From positions 13,169 to 77,168 of the IMG/VR virus record IMGVR_UViG_3300037423_001636: a stretch of 64,000 bases of DNA. One strand, written 5' to 3'. This document shows, in pieces, positions 53,848 to 64,000 of this stretch (the first letter of the stretch is position 1; each line of letters begins with the position of its first letter). The notes below the pieces were generated by a model, which saw nothing but the letters and a program-made list of their open reading frames with translations, was not told where the DNA came from and did no database searches. A program made the translations under genes and the position numbers. This DNA comes from a virus (taxonomy: Duplodnaviria > Heunggongvirae > Uroviricota > Caudoviricetes).

Positions 53848-56800
53848 ATGCCCAGCATTAGTTTTGGAATAGCCACGAATCTCCAGATCAGTGGTACACT
53901 CACGCTCTCTGCGATCTCCAGCAGTATGCTGCGAGTGGATTCGTCGGGGGCGGTTTCCACGACTACTCTTCAGTCCAACTTGTCTCTCTCTGCGGGCACG
54001 CTGTCGTTGAGTACGACGCTAACCTCGATCAATTCGGTGACCAGTGTAGCAGGACAGAACCTTGTCCTAGCCGTGGGCACCGGCGGGACGGCGTTGACGA
54101 TCACGTCGAGCACGCTGGCGGCGACGTTCGGCGGGACTGTAGCCGCAGGCGGCTCCTTTAAGTCTCCGATCGGCTATTTGGACATAGCTGGAACGACTGG
54201 TTTTCTTTTTAGCGGGACATCGAGCCAGTTCTATTCGGGTGGATCAAATGTCGCGTCGATCTACTCGGACGGAATCAGTGTTCTAACGACTACCGTATCC
54301 ACCTCCACCACTACCGGCTCTCTTATCAATGCGGGAGGATTTGGGAATGCGGGGGCGGCGTATATTGGGGGGCAGCTGAACCTCTCCGGCTCAGGAAGTG
54401 CCGTTCTCAACGCTACCACAAGCCCATCCTCCGGCTCATACACTCTTTTTCAGGTCAGCTCGTCTAGCAAGGGCATTATTGGGACTGGCGATGCTATAGG
54501 TGGAGGAACCCCTGCATCGGACATCGGGCTTTATTCATACACAGGGGCAGTTCGTATATTCTCCGCTGGCGCGTTGGCACTAAATTTAACCAGCACTCCC
54601 GGTGCTCTAGTTCTTGGTCCCGCCTCTTCCATCACCGCCGCAGCTTCTACGGATTTGACTTTGGCAGGAGGAAGCTCGGGGGCGAGTTTGGTGTTGGGAC
54701 AAGGGGCGAGCGGTCGCATTAACGGGCTCGTAGCAGTAAGCGCGGGGATTGGCTACGCGCACTTCGTGAATAATGTCACCGCCGATACGGCCAACCGGAT
54801 GCGCGTCACGTTCGGCCCATCAAGTGGCTTTGCTTCGGCACCACAGCTAGCCCCATACATCGAGGGCGTCACGATAGACGCAGCAACCCAACGCGCCGCA
54901 GTGGCTGTTGGAGTTTACGATCCGACTGGAGCCACAACGAGAGAGGTTGCACGATTTACGAGCGTATCTGGAGGAACCGGCAACCTCCTCATCGGCGGCA
55001 CCACGGACAGAAGCAATCGACTTCATATCAGTGACGGTTTGTCATTTATGGGTATCGGCAAACTCTCTGACGCTTCTACCTATAGCGGTTGGTGTGCATC
55101 GGATGCCACATTGAGCGCATCCAACTATAATTTCGCATCTGAAGTAACTAATACTGCCACCCTGATTGGAACGGGCGCATCAGGGACTATCTATCTTCGC
55201 GTCAATAACGCGAATATGCTCTCCGTTAATTCTACGGCAACAACGGTTGCCGGCAACCTCACTGTTAGCGGCACGGGGCCGCACAACTTTGCAGGCTATC
55301 TAAATGTCAATCGCGCGAACAACACGAGCGCGGGTGGCGTTTGGATGCAGACCAACGGGACGAATGATTGGTTCGCTGGTGAGAGAACCACGGGAGACAG
55401 CGATTATCATATCTTCAATTTCGGAACCGCAGCTAACGCTGTGACAATCTTGCGAGCGGACAGCAGTGTCGCTTTGGCCGGCACTCTTACTGTAAATGGA
55501 ACTGTAACTGGAGATTCGCAAGGTGGCGTAGGTGCGATAATCGGCAGTAGCACAAAGTATGTTCAAATTGGATATGACGCCACGAACGATTATGGTTTTA
55601 TAGAGTCGGTTCAAACAGGAGTATCTTGGAAAACTCTTCGTCTACAAGGAATTAGCGGTCGGGTAATTGTCGGTTCAGGGGTAGACGATACAACATCACT
55701 GCTTCAAGTAACCGGGACAGTTTCGGTCACAAGCCTAACTGTCAGCGGAGGAAATATCTTTTCCGCTGGGACAAGCAGTTCCATTATCTTAAATGGGGGA
55801 GACGGCGGCGCAGGAACTAATGTAGTAGAATTCAAACGATTCGACGGAACCTCGCTTGCTACTTATGTTCGTGGAGATGGCGCGCTGTATCTAGGTAACA
55901 CCGTAGCTTCTACTTCAACGACGACAGGTGCTTTAGTGGTATCTGGTGGTGTGGGGGTGGCTGGGGCAGCTTATATCGGTGGGAGTCTAGCTTTATTCGG
56001 GTCGGCTTTCACACATGACTTCGGCGGCACCGGGCCGAATCGTGGCCTTGTTAAAACGGGCGCAAACGCGAGTTTTGCCAACATTGCAGCTATTTCTCTA
56101 AACGGAGACCTAACCGATGCCGGGAATGCTGGGTTATTTGGTGGAGGACAAGCAAACACCTATATACAGGCCACGTCTTCCGGTTCGGTGATTATCCGCA
56201 CGAATGGCAACACGATAGCCGCTACGTTCGATAATTTTCAGAATACCACACTTGCCAGCAACCTCACTGTCAGCGGCACAGGAACGAGTTTTATTGGTGG
56301 AGTTGGAACAGGCACCACGGACGCTAGACTCACGATAAACACAGGCGATACAGCAATCTATGCTCTAAAGTTATCGAACTGGACAGGCTCAGCCACAAGC
56401 AATGCTCCGCGTATAGCCTTTGATAATTCTGCGGTTCGAGCTTGGTCAATCGGGGCGGTAAGTGCTTCTACTTCCTTTTCTATTAGTGATGAATCGGGAG
56501 GAACTGTGCCGTTTGTTATTGCGTCTACTGGCAACATAACGTTAACAGGAACTCTAACCGTCGGCGGTGCTTCGATAGGTTCTGGGATTTTGAATACAGC
56601 GTTGACCTCGGGTGCAAGTGTCACTGGGTCAATCACCCCTGCATCCGGCAGCTCGCTTGAGCTGCTTTACGGCGCGGTGGCTGATACGGGATCGATTATT
56701 TCCTATAACCGCACGGGCGGGGCTTACCGCGCGCTTAAAATCGACGGGCTCACGCTCGCGCTCAACGTTGATAGTGCCGGACTGACCACAGTAGGCGGCA

Positions 56801-57408
56801 ACCTCACCGTCAGCGGATACAATTCAATATCTGGAAGCGTTTCGACAACATCATCCGGCTCATTAGGATTAAGGCTCGGTATAGTTGCAGGTATTCCTAC
56901 AAACGGCACTGACGCTTATATCGGGGTAAATGATACTGGTGGTCCGGGAACAGGTGCTGGTAGTCTGGTTTATGTTCCAAGAACCACATCTACCGGGAAT
57001 GCTGGTCATTATTTCCTAACAGAATCCAGTGGAACCCCTACGCTTCGTGTTACTATCGACTCTACTGGATTAACGGTTGATGCTGCGACCATCCATAAGA
57101 AAGGTCAGGCATGGGGAGCAACGAGCACTGCCACCGCTGCCGGAACTACTACCTTAACTTCTGTTTCCCGCACAATCCAAGTATTTACAGGAACGAGCAC
57201 TCAGACAGTTCAGTTACCAGCTGCGACCGCATTAGGTTTGAGCGTCGGAATAGTCTATGTTATAAAAAACCGTTCGACTGGTAATGTCACGGTTCTTCCC
57301 GCTGGATCGGATACGATCGACGGTAGTAGTTCTTTCGTCCTTACGGGAGGCAGCAATCAAGGTATCATCCTTATGAGTGATGGTATCAATGGGTGGCAAG
57401 TAGTTTAA
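53848..57408 (+). CDS. long tail-fibre-like protein (1186 aa)
   Basis: STSTTTG.L..GG.G.AGAAYIGG and GNLTVSG repeats; C-terminal QLPAA..IKN..TIDG module. Confidence 0.85.
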   Translation: MPSISFGIATNLQISGTLTLSAISSSMLRVDSSGAVSTTTLQSNLSLSAGTLSLSTTLTSINSVTSVAGQNLVLAVGTGGTALTITSSTLAATFGGTVAAGGSFKSPIGYLDIAGTTGFLFSGTSSQFYSGGSNVASIYSDGISVLTTTVSTSTTTGSLINAGGFGNAGAAYIGGQLNLSGSGSAVLNATTSPSSGSYTLFQVSSSSKGIIGTGDAIGGGTPASDIGLYSYTGAVRIFSAGALALNLTSTPGALVLGPASSITAAASTDLTLAGGSSGASLVLGQGASGRINGLVAVSAGIGYAHFVNNVTADTANRMRVTFGPSSGFASAPQLAPYIEGVTIDAATQRAAVAVGVYDPTGATTREVARFTSVSGGTGNLLIGGTTDRSNRLHISDGLSFMGIGKLSDASTYSGWCASDATLSASNYNFASEVTNTATLIGTGASGTIYLRVNNANMLSVNSTATTVAGNLTVSGTGPHNFAGYLNVNRANNTSAGGVWMQTNGTNDWFAGERTTGDSDYHIFNFGTAANAVTILRADSSVALAGTLTVNGTVTGDSQGGVGAIIGSSTKYVQIGYDATNDYGFIESVQTGVSWKTLRLQGISGRVIVGSGVDDTTSLLQVTGTVSVTSLTVSGGNIFSAGTSSSIILNGGDGGAGTNVVEFKRFDGTSLATYVRGDGALYLGNTVASTSTTTGALVVSGGVGVAGAAYIGGSLALFGSAFTHDFGGTGPNRGLVKTGANASFANIAAISLNGDLTDAGNAGLFGGGQANTYIQATSSGSVIIRTNGNTIAATFDNFQNTTLASNLTVSGTGTSFIGGVGTGTTDARLTINTGDTAIYALKLSNWTGSATSNAPRIAFDNSAVRAWSIGAVSASTSFSISDESGGTVPFVIASTGNITLTGTLTVGGASIGSGILNTALTSGASVTGSITPASGSSLELLYGAVADTGSIISYNRTGGAYRALKIDGLTLALNVDSAGLTTVGGNLTVSGYNSISGSVSTTSSGSLGLRLGIVAGIPTNGTDAYIGVNDTGGPGTGAGSLVYVPRTTSTGNAGHYFLTESSGTPTLRVTIDSTGLTVDAATIHKKGQAWGATSTATAAGTTTLTSVSRTIQVFTGTSTQTVQLPAATALGLSVGIVYVIKNRSTGNVTVLPAGSDTIDGSSSFVLTGGSNQGIILMSDGINGWQVV

Positions 57409-57414
57409 TATTTT

Positions 57415-59085
57415 ATGTCTTATCTTCCTAAAACATTCACTCCAGAACAGTTCGGCGCGAAAGGCGATGGGTCGAATGATGATACTTCGGCGATCACGGC
57501 GGCGTTAGCCGCGGCGGGCACGGGTGGCACCGTCCTGTTTGCATCGGGGAAAAGCTACAAAACCACGTCGCTTATATCCATCCCGGCGGACAACATGACG
57601 CTGCTTGGCTACGGAGCCGTGATTACCAGTGCCAACGATACGCAGTATCAAAAGTTCCAGTTCCTTAATCTCAACCGAGGTGCGGTCCTCGGACTGCGTT
57701 TTGAATGTCTCTATTCTTCAGCCGGAGTATCACTCGGTTCTTGCGCCATACAGATCTACGCCTCGAACGACATAACGGTGCGCGACTGCACGTTCAATGA
57801 AATCGCCAGCGGAGGCGTGGTCATCTCCGGTGTCTGCGCGCGCTGCACGATTGAGGCAAACCGGTTCTACAAGAATTTTTGCGCCATCTGGGTGGACGAC
57901 GACCTGACGAACAATGTCACCCATCTGCGGATCGTGAACAACCACTTCCGCACGAGCATCTCCAACGCCACCTATAGCGGAGCAATCAAGATTAGCGGGC
58001 AGCCCGGCGCGGTCTACCATGTCATCGAGGGCAACATTATTGACGACGCGGGAGAGATGGGCATCGAGGTGCAGGGGCCAAGCAACTTTACCGTGGGCAG
58101 CAACGTGGTCAGCAACACCACGTATGGCATCAGCATCAGTGAATCGAGTCATGTTTCAGTGGCTGGCAACAGTGTGAACAATACGCGGTTCGTTGGGATC
58201 GAAATCGCCTCCAACAGCCGACATGTCGCGGTGGACGGCAATAATGTGCATCAGACTGGCGAAATTCACTCTATCGCAGTCTTCAGTAATTCCAAGCATA
58301 TCTCCATCGTCGGAAACACGCTTATCAACGAGACGGCGGGGGCGGCTGTATTGATGCAGAGCGGCCCCGTCACATTGAATGGAAATACGGTGTCGGGTGT
58401 GGGTTCGTTCTATTGCCAAGATACAAACAACATTACAATGGTGGGCAACAATTTCATTGGCGATGGTAACAATGCGTTCGCCGCGTGTTGGCTAGACGGA
58501 ACGACCAATGGCGTTACTGGAATAATTTTCTCCAATAATCAGATCATGGGTGGTTACAACAACTGCGTGATGAAGCTATGGAGCCCTAATAGTAGTATCA
58601 TAAACCGCGTAATCGTCAGCAATAATGTCTTAAAGGGCTTTTACGCAGCGGGAGCGTTCAGCACCAATTTTGGCTCCAACTCATATGCTACTCTCAAGAA
58701 TTTCCATGTTTTTGACAATATAGCAGAATTTAACGACTACCAGTATTCCTTTCAGGTGATCAACAGCACACTCAGCTCACCGCTTTATTGGCCCACAGGA
58801 TCGGCCGCTCGCGGCTACGACTGGATTTACTGGCAGAATTCAATGACCAAGTGCGACGCCACTTCCTACAATCCGCTCACGATACAGTTGCCGGACGTTG
58901 CCTCGGTCGGGCCGTCATGGAGCACCACCTTCATGAAATCGGACAGTTCCTCCAATCCCGTGGTATTTTCCACCTATGGGGGGCAGACCATCAACGGCAA
59001 TTCGACGGCGTGCGTGAACGCGCAATACCGTCGCATCACTTTCACCGCGGATGCCGATAACTGGTATGTCACGCAGAGCGGCTAA
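57415..59085 (+). CDS. tailspike/depolymerase with right-handed beta-helix (pectate lyase-like)
   Basis: FGAKGDG..DDT.AI..A; many I.GN/V.NN beta-helix repeats. Confidence 0.85.
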   Translation: MSYLPKTFTPEQFGAKGDGSNDDTSAITAALAAAGTGGTVLFASGKSYKTTSLISIPADNMTLLGYGAVITSANDTQYQKFQFLNLNRGAVLGLRFECLYSSAGVSLGSCAIQIYASNDITVRDCTFNEIASGGVVISGVCARCTIEANRFYKNFCAIWVDDDLTNNVTHLRIVNNHFRTSISNATYSGAIKISGQPGAVYHVIEGNIIDDAGEMGIEVQGPSNFTVGSNVVSNTTYGISISESSHVSVAGNSVNNTRFVGIEIASNSRHVAVDGNNVHQTGEIHSIAVFSNSKHISIVGNTLINETAGAAVLMQSGPVTLNGNTVSGVGSFYCQDTNNITMVGNNFIGDGNNAFAACWLDGTTNGVTGIIFSNNQIMGGYNNCVMKLWSPNSSIINRVIVSNNVLKGFYAAGAFSTNFGSNSYATLKNFHVFDNIAEFNDYQYSFQVINSTLSSPLYWPTGSAARGYDWIYWQNSMTKCDATSYNPLTIQLPDVASVGPSWSTTFMKSDSSSNPVVFSTYGGQTINGNSTACVNAQYRRITFTADADNWYVTQSG

Positions 59086-59120
59086 TCTCCATCCATTAAC
59101 CCCAAACATCATACCCTTAT

Positions 59121-59453
59121 ATGAGCATATCCCTCGGTTCTGAATCTGTTACTCTGTCCAAAGAGCGCCGCACATGGCGTGTGAATCTTGAATGTGCCCT
59201 CGGCACAGACTACACCATAACGGCGTTTCGTGAATTGGTCCAAAGGGTCGGCGACACAGTCATTGCGAAAAATCAGAATGTTGGCACTATTAGCCGCGCG
59301 CTGTCTGCGGTGATTGCGGAAGAGGTGACCCTGCAATCAGGCAAGACTCTCACGCCCGCTGAGATTGCGGAAGGATTGGCGGCGTTTCTAGAAGCTTGGG
59401 AGGTTGAAGACAACGCGCCGGCCGAAGAACCGGATGAGGGATCGGGCGAATAG
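59121..59453 (+). CDS. hypothetical tail-associated protein
   Basis: ORF after tailspike. Confidence 0.65.
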   Translation: MSISLGSESVTLSKERRTWRVNLECALGTDYTITAFRELVQRVGDTVIAKNQNVGTISRALSAVIAEEVTLQSGKTLTPAEIAEGLAAFLEAWEVEDNAPAEEPDEGSGE

Positions 59454-59603
59454 GCGAATATTACAGGCGCTGCACGTCGAGCTGTGCGCAGCGACTGAGA
59501 CCCATTCGCTCTTGACATATTGATCAATATCGTTCAATCTAGCAGATTGACGGGGCGTCTATAGGGTCTCTATACCCCCACAGCACATCTAAACCCATCT
59601 ACT

Positions 59604-60071
59604 ATGGCAGAAACCACCAACATCAACATTCAAACATTTACCGTCAGCGAAATCAACACTCTGGTCGCCGCCCTTACGGCCCTCGATGGTCGTCAAGAGA
59701 CGGTGAAAGACGAGAAAAGCGGCGAATCCAAAACGAAGCTTGTGCCCTATAACTTTGGCGTTGGTGGGGTTGGTGGCGGCAAGCTGAGATATAGCATCGC
59801 CAAGAATCTTCGCATTCTCAATGATCATAAGGATGATTTTACAAAAGCACGAGATAACGCCATCCTAGCCATCTCTGGCGGCACCGGCACTATCGATGAC
59901 AAAGACTCAGAGAAGATTGGCCTGTTGAATCGAGAGCTACAGGATATTCTCCAGAAAGAGGTTCCTGTACAAGGTTTGCTCAAACTGCCGCTAGCGGACC
60001 TGAATCTAGATCAGAACCCCGAGCTGCCAGCGAGCATAGTGTCTCTCCTGCTTCCTCTGATTGCAGAGTAA
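59604..60071 (+). CDS. hypothetical protein (possible fibre assembly chaperone)
   Basis: Y.IAKNL..L...F...R pattern; TTGACA promoter at about 59512. Confidence 0.6.
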   Translation: MAETTNINIQTFTVSEINTLVAALTALDGRQETVKDEKSGESKTKLVPYNFGVGGVGGGKLRYSIAKNLRILNDHKDDFTKARDNAILAISGGTGTIDDKDSEKIGLLNRELQDILQKEVPVQGLLKLPLADLNLDQNPELPASIVSLLLPLIAE

Positions 60072-60075
60072 TCTG

Positions 60076-61137
60076 ATGCGCTGGCCGGGCACCATCCTCT
60101 TCATGGCATTATTAACTTGTCTAATGACCAGCTGCTCGTCCATCAAGACTGCTCTCTACAAGGTTACGGGGGCGCAAGCGGCCAAAGAGAGAGAGGTAGC
60201 GGCACTCCGAGCTGAATATGACGACAAGATCACGGCAAAGACTAATGAGATTGCGACGGCCAAGGATGGGGTGATCGCAGGACAACAAAATCAGATGAGA
60301 GGGGCTGCGGCGGCGCTGTTTGGACAGTCGCTTGTGTTCCAGAGTCTTCCACAGCCGACTCGCACAGATCTTATCACCCACAACCTATCCACCGAAGCGT
60401 CGGCCGCGCTAGGCAATATCCCACCCACTGCGGAAGCCATGCAGGTAATGATAGAACGAATCTCCAAAGAGCTAGATTCTACACGCACTTCACTTGCCGA
60501 TTTGCAACGTAATCATACCGCCGCCCTACTTGAAAACCAGAGGCTCGTTGATCAGACTAAACACTGGGAGGACAAGTTGACGGCGGCCGAGCGAGAGAAG
60601 AGCGCGCTAGAATCATCATACAGAACCCAACTGGACCAGAAGCAGACCGATCTGGTAAAACTGGCAAACGAGAAAGCGGCGCTGGAAAAGGAACGGGCAG
60701 ACGATGCGGCGGCACGACAGGCGCAGCTGGCCAAGCTTTCTTGGGGCGCGGGTATACTGGCAGCCCTCTGTTTAGCCGGGGCAATCTGGAGTCCTGTGTT
60801 CAAAAAGGAGCTTGGAATTGGAGTCATCGTTCTTGGCAGTGCGGCGGTGGCCATACCTTTCATTCAAGGATGGATGATTATGGCTGTCGTTGGGGTTGTA
60901 GCGGTTCTCGTTGTCGGTTGGGCGGCCCGGGTTCATCATATCGAGAGCAAAGCCGCTACCGACGTGTATAGGGCTGTGCAGAGCATAAAAGAGAAGTCCA
61001 AAGACAAATACGATGAGTTGATAGCCCCTCAACTCAAACAGTGGATCACCAAGTATGATCGCTCTGGAAAGCTCATTCCCGACAAGACGGCGGAGGACCA
61101 CATCGACCAGAGACTGAGAGAAGTTGGAGACATTTAA
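60076..61137 (+). CDS. lipoprotein with coiled coil and C-terminal transmembrane helices (candidate spanin)
   Basis: LMTSC lipobox-like signal, about 200-aa helical region, three hydrophobic helices. Confidence 0.65.
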   Translation: MRWPGTILFMALLTCLMTSCSSIKTALYKVTGAQAAKEREVAALRAEYDDKITAKTNEIATAKDGVIAGQQNQMRGAAAALFGQSLVFQSLPQPTRTDLITHNLSTEASAALGNIPPTAEAMQVMIERISKELDSTRTSLADLQRNHTAALLENQRLVDQTKHWEDKLTAAEREKSALESSYRTQLDQKQTDLVKLANEKAALEKERADDAAARQAQLAKLSWGAGILAALCLAGAIWSPVFKKELGIGVIVLGSAAVAIPFIQGWMIMAVVGVVAVLVVGWAARVHHIESKAATDVYRAVQSIKEKSKDKYDELIAPQLKQWITKYDRSGKLIPDKTAEDHIDQRLREVGDI

Positions 61138-61150
61138 CCCACACCTATTC

Positions 61151-61525
61151 ATGTACCTCTATTGCACGTGCGGAACGAAAAACGAGTACAAAGGCATCAA
61201 GCCCAAGAAATGTCATAGCTGCGACGCTCCATTCGACCGCGCATTCGAACCACCGCCCCGCCCCGCCAAAGCCGCCAAACCACGCCCCCGCTATGGTCGG
61301 ACAGAACCAGAGGCAGAAGATGAATATGAGTCGTATGACATGCCATCTTTTGAGGGTATCGCGTTCGAGTCTACCCCCAAAACAACCGTCGGAGAATATC
61401 GCAAGAATGGCAGCGAAGTTCAACGTCATTACGATCCAGAACTAGCCGGTACCAGAGAGGAAACACTGGCCAAGCTATTATCCAAAAACGGTCGTCCAGA
61501 ACCGCGAAGCGCCCCCAACCCCTGA
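61151..61525 (+). CDS. zinc-ribbon protein
   Basis: YCTCGTK...KKCHSC. Confidence 0.7.
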   Translation: MYLYCTCGTKNEYKGIKPKKCHSCDAPFDRAFEPPPRPAKAAKPRPRYGRTEPEAEDEYESYDMPSFEGIAFESTPKTTVGEYRKNGSEVQRHYDPELAGTREETLAKLLSKNGRPEPRSAPNP

Positions 61526-62202
61526 TGCAGGTAAAGCGACCTTTCGAGCAGATTGTAGGAATTGTAGAAGCACAGATAGAAACTCGACGTGGTTCGTGGC
61601 GGCTAGCTTCACTGAGTTGGACGGATGTGCGCCAGATGATCCTGACTAGGGTATGTCTCAAATACCATTTGTTCGATCCGCAAAAGGGAGAGCTGTCCCA
61701 CTGGCTCAGTCGGCTAATCACTAGGGCGTTAATGACCATTCTTCGTGATCACTATGGCTCCTATGCAAGACCATGTGTTCAAGGCTGCCCTTTCAATACC
61801 GGCGGCGATGGCTGTAGTCAAACGAAGTCGGGCCGCCAATGCGGTGAGTGTGCAATCTATCGCGACTGGGAAAAACGCAAGCTGAATCATCACAATGTAG
61901 AACAGACGCTTCCTTTGGATAATCATGCCCAAGAGGTTCACAGTATTCAATGCGATTTCATGGATATAGGGGCAGCCAAGGCAGTTATAGATCGAGAGAT
62001 GAAAAAGCGTCTCAACAAGCAGGAGTGGAGGGTATATAGGATGCTATACATTCAAGGAAAGGACGAAAGAGAGGTCGCAAAAATAATGGGATTCAAAAAA
62101 CAGAGCAGCCACCTATACGCTGGATACGGGAATATCCGAAAGCATAAGAAGCACTTTATCGAGGTGGCAAAGAAGATAATAGAAGAAGAAAATCTTTCCT
62201 AA
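61525..62202 (+). CDS. phage sigma70-like factor with Cys-rich insert
   Basis: DVRQ.I...KYHLFD....L..WL.R.I; LN..EW.VY.MLYI.G..E.EVAK.MGF. Confidence 0.75.
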   Translation: MQVKRPFEQIVGIVEAQIETRRGSWRLASLSWTDVRQMILTRVCLKYHLFDPQKGELSHWLSRLITRALMTILRDHYGSYARPCVQGCPFNTGGDGCSQTKSGRQCGECAIYRDWEKRKLNHHNVEQTLPLDNHAQEVHSIQCDFMDIGAAKAVIDREMKKRLNKQEWRVYRMLYIQGKDEREVAKIMGFKKQSSHLYAGYGNIRKHKKHFIEVAKKIIEEENLS

Positions 62203-62203
62203 A

Positions 62204-63322
62204 ATGCCCAAAGACGCAATCCCCGTACCAGTTCTAACCACCGATCAGAAAGCCTATATCAATGAATGGTGGCACAAGCACGACCTAAGAACTCTTGTCC
62301 AAAAGGTGTTTAACGATCCGACCCTAGATCTTCGATCGATCCAAGCTAAGGCTGTGCGCCAAGAGCTAGCTCTTACTAATCGTCCGGTGATAGAACCGCA
62401 AGAGCGAAAAACTCCGATCTACAAGCCGCGCGAAGTATTGCAGATGACAGAAGAGCAAAAGCTATATGTAAGCACCAACTATCTATCTGCAACTGGTCCA
62501 ATGGAGATTGCGCGTACGATATTCAACAATCCAAAACTCAGCCCCACCTCTCCAGAAGTTCGCGCTGTCTCTGTCTATATCCGAGAAATCGATCCTAGCT
62601 ATAGGAAAGAAGAGGAGTTGTGCGATGGGGATTGGGAACCGCCGGTTTCCATTAGCCACGTATTGGGAAAGGTGAACCGCTATGCGACGAACCCGCGTGC
62701 TGACGGAAAGTCGATTTACAGTTCAAGCAAGCTTTCGGCGGCAGAACACAAGTGCCTGACAAAGCTACAAGATAGTTTGAACAGTCCGCTATTCAAAGCT
62801 GTCATGAACGGTTATAGGACCAAGGTTGATCGCGAGCTTGTCGAATCCACGTTCATCAATCATACGTGGAACAAGCCAGACCTTCTACCCGAGGAAGTGC
62901 AGCAATATATCGCTTTGGCAGATGAAACAACAAAGCAGAGACAGATAAATCGACTTTTACAACATCTAGATGAGCGGCTGAGTGAAATGCTTAACGATGA
63001 AGACGGACAGCTCAAAATGACCGAAGTGGAGCTGCTCAATTCGGTCCGAGAAAAGGCAAACGCCAGCGCCAAGCAGATTACATCGCTTATTGAGGCGCTA
63101 ATTGGCAAACGGTCTCAACGGGAAAAAGACAGGATGAGTTCCAACTCATCCCTACACAATCTCGTGCAGGCGTGGAAAGATGAGGAGCAGAGAATGAAGA
63201 TTATTATGATGAATGAGAAGAGGCAGAAGGTAGCCCTGAAGGATGAGATCGCGCGATTGAGTGATATGGATTCGTTAAAAGCTGAGATTTTCGGCGTTTC
63301 AAAAGAGGATCTTCTCAAGTGA
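62204..63322 (+). CDS. conserved phage hypothetical protein (372 aa, coiled coil)
   Basis: Long ORF between sigma factor and ERCC4 gene. Confidence 0.75.
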   Translation: MPKDAIPVPVLTTDQKAYINEWWHKHDLRTLVQKVFNDPTLDLRSIQAKAVRQELALTNRPVIEPQERKTPIYKPREVLQMTEEQKLYVSTNYLSATGPMEIARTIFNNPKLSPTSPEVRAVSVYIREIDPSYRKEEELCDGDWEPPVSISHVLGKVNRYATNPRADGKSIYSSSKLSAAEHKCLTKLQDSLNSPLFKAVMNGYRTKVDRELVESTFINHTWNKPDLLPEEVQQYIALADETTKQRQINRLLQHLDERLSEMLNDEDGQLKMTEVELLNSVREKANASAKQITSLIEALIGKRSQREKDRMSSNSSLHNLVQAWKDEEQRMKIIMMNEKRQKVALKDEIARLSDMDSLKAEIFGVSKEDLLK

Positions 63323-64000
63323 TCTGCGCCGCGGACCAATCCGAGCATGCCGATTTGCCGGCCCTTTTGAAACATCTTAAGACTTTAAAGATCACTCAAG
63401 AGAGGTATTTCACTGATTATGCTCCGCAGCGAGACCTCTGCACTGGAGAGATCATTCCATTCAGAGCGCCGGCCGAGAGATATCTGAAGACCGAGTTTAT
63501 TCACAAGAATTCGCTGAAAAAGTGGATTAAGGAGAACACGCCAGCCGCACGCTCGTGGGCTATAGACTGGCTGCATAAACGCCGGATCGAAAAGAGGCTT
63601 GAATATCCGCCGACCCAAGTAGAACTGCGTTCGCTCATGGCCCCCACAATCCACTACTATGAAGCAGTCGGTGGCTACAATAAAATCTGTGAACAGCTTG
63701 GCTACACGATTCGTTTTGATGGAAATCTGGAAGATCGTCTCTTACCGGCAGAGGCCCGTGTCATCGTGGACACTCGTGAGCAAGCCCCTCTAGACTTGGC
63801 TGCTAAAACTATCAAGGAAGCTCTTTCATATGGAGATTACACTCTAGCCGTGCCCCACAATCAAGGGGTATACATCGAGCGTAAATCACTCAACGACTTC
63901 GTGGGCACCCTGTCTGACCGTGTGATCGGTAGAAAGAGCGGAGAAGACTCGAATCTAGCGCGGTTTAGTCGAGAGCTAGATCGAGCGGAGGAGGCCGGCG
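63319..64000 (+). CDS. ERCC4/XPF-domain nuclease (partial)
   Basis: GTGA-coupled frame open to the window edge; IVDTREQ, GDY, IERKS..DF; absent from ORF track. Confidence 0.85.
   Translation, partial: MICAADQSEHADLPALLKHLKTLKITQERYFTDYAPQRDLCTGEIIPFRAPAERYLKTEFIHKNSLKKWIKENTPAARSWAIDWLHKRRIEKRLEYPPTQVELRSLMAPTIHYYEAVGGYNKICEQLGYTIRFDGNLEDRLLPAEARVIVDTREQAPLDLAAKTIKEALSYGDYTLAVPHNQGVYIERKSLNDFVGTLSDRVIGRKSGEDSNLARFSRELDRAEEAG

Noticed and set aside
53848-59085. Diversity-generating retroelement acting on fibres
   Set aside because: No reverse transcriptase and no TR/VR pair differing at adenines
59552-59580. TAGGG..CCCC sequence as another operator
   Set aside because: Does not fit the 5-N6-5 dyad
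1-64000. Stop-codon reassignment
   Set aside because: Long genes are intact in code 11; TAA, TAG and TGA all terminate tightly packed ORFs; no suppressor tRNA

Overview
This window is about 64 kb of a large tailed dsDNA phage genome in the standard genetic code, with almost all genes on the + strand. The host is probably a verrucomicrobium (Opitutae-like); this is an inference from one HTH protein recognised from memory. Bases 1-42.6 kb form an early/accessory region of about 100 small, mostly unknown genes (recognisable: DUF1281/YubB-like, DUF932, cupin-like, HTH). A 45-46 bp element recurs 30 times there. It consists of a palindrome T(G/A)(A/G)GG-N6-CC(C/T)(T/C)A abutting a sigma70 -35/extended -10 promoter that mostly gives near-leaderless mRNAs, and its first triplet is often the upstream gene's stop codon. 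Free copies of the palindrome cluster around a coiled-coil/HTH gene (33.8 kb) and in a non-coding junction at 42.7-43.0 kb. Two non-coding RNA islands (3.4-4.2 kb, 29.1-29.6 kb) contain tRNA scaffolds with large structured insertions and a multi-helix RNA with a kissing-loop pairing. A 3-kb block (15-18 kb) of tiny genes is joined by a GAACGAA(A) linker. The region from 43.4 kb to the end holds an HNH endonuclease, a vWA protein, a minus-strand operon (C39-like peptidase, sigma factor), PhoH, fibre/tailspike genes behind GTGTAA motifs, a candidate unimolecular spanin, a second sigma factor and an ERCC4 nuclease. All assignments come from manual reading; no searches were run.
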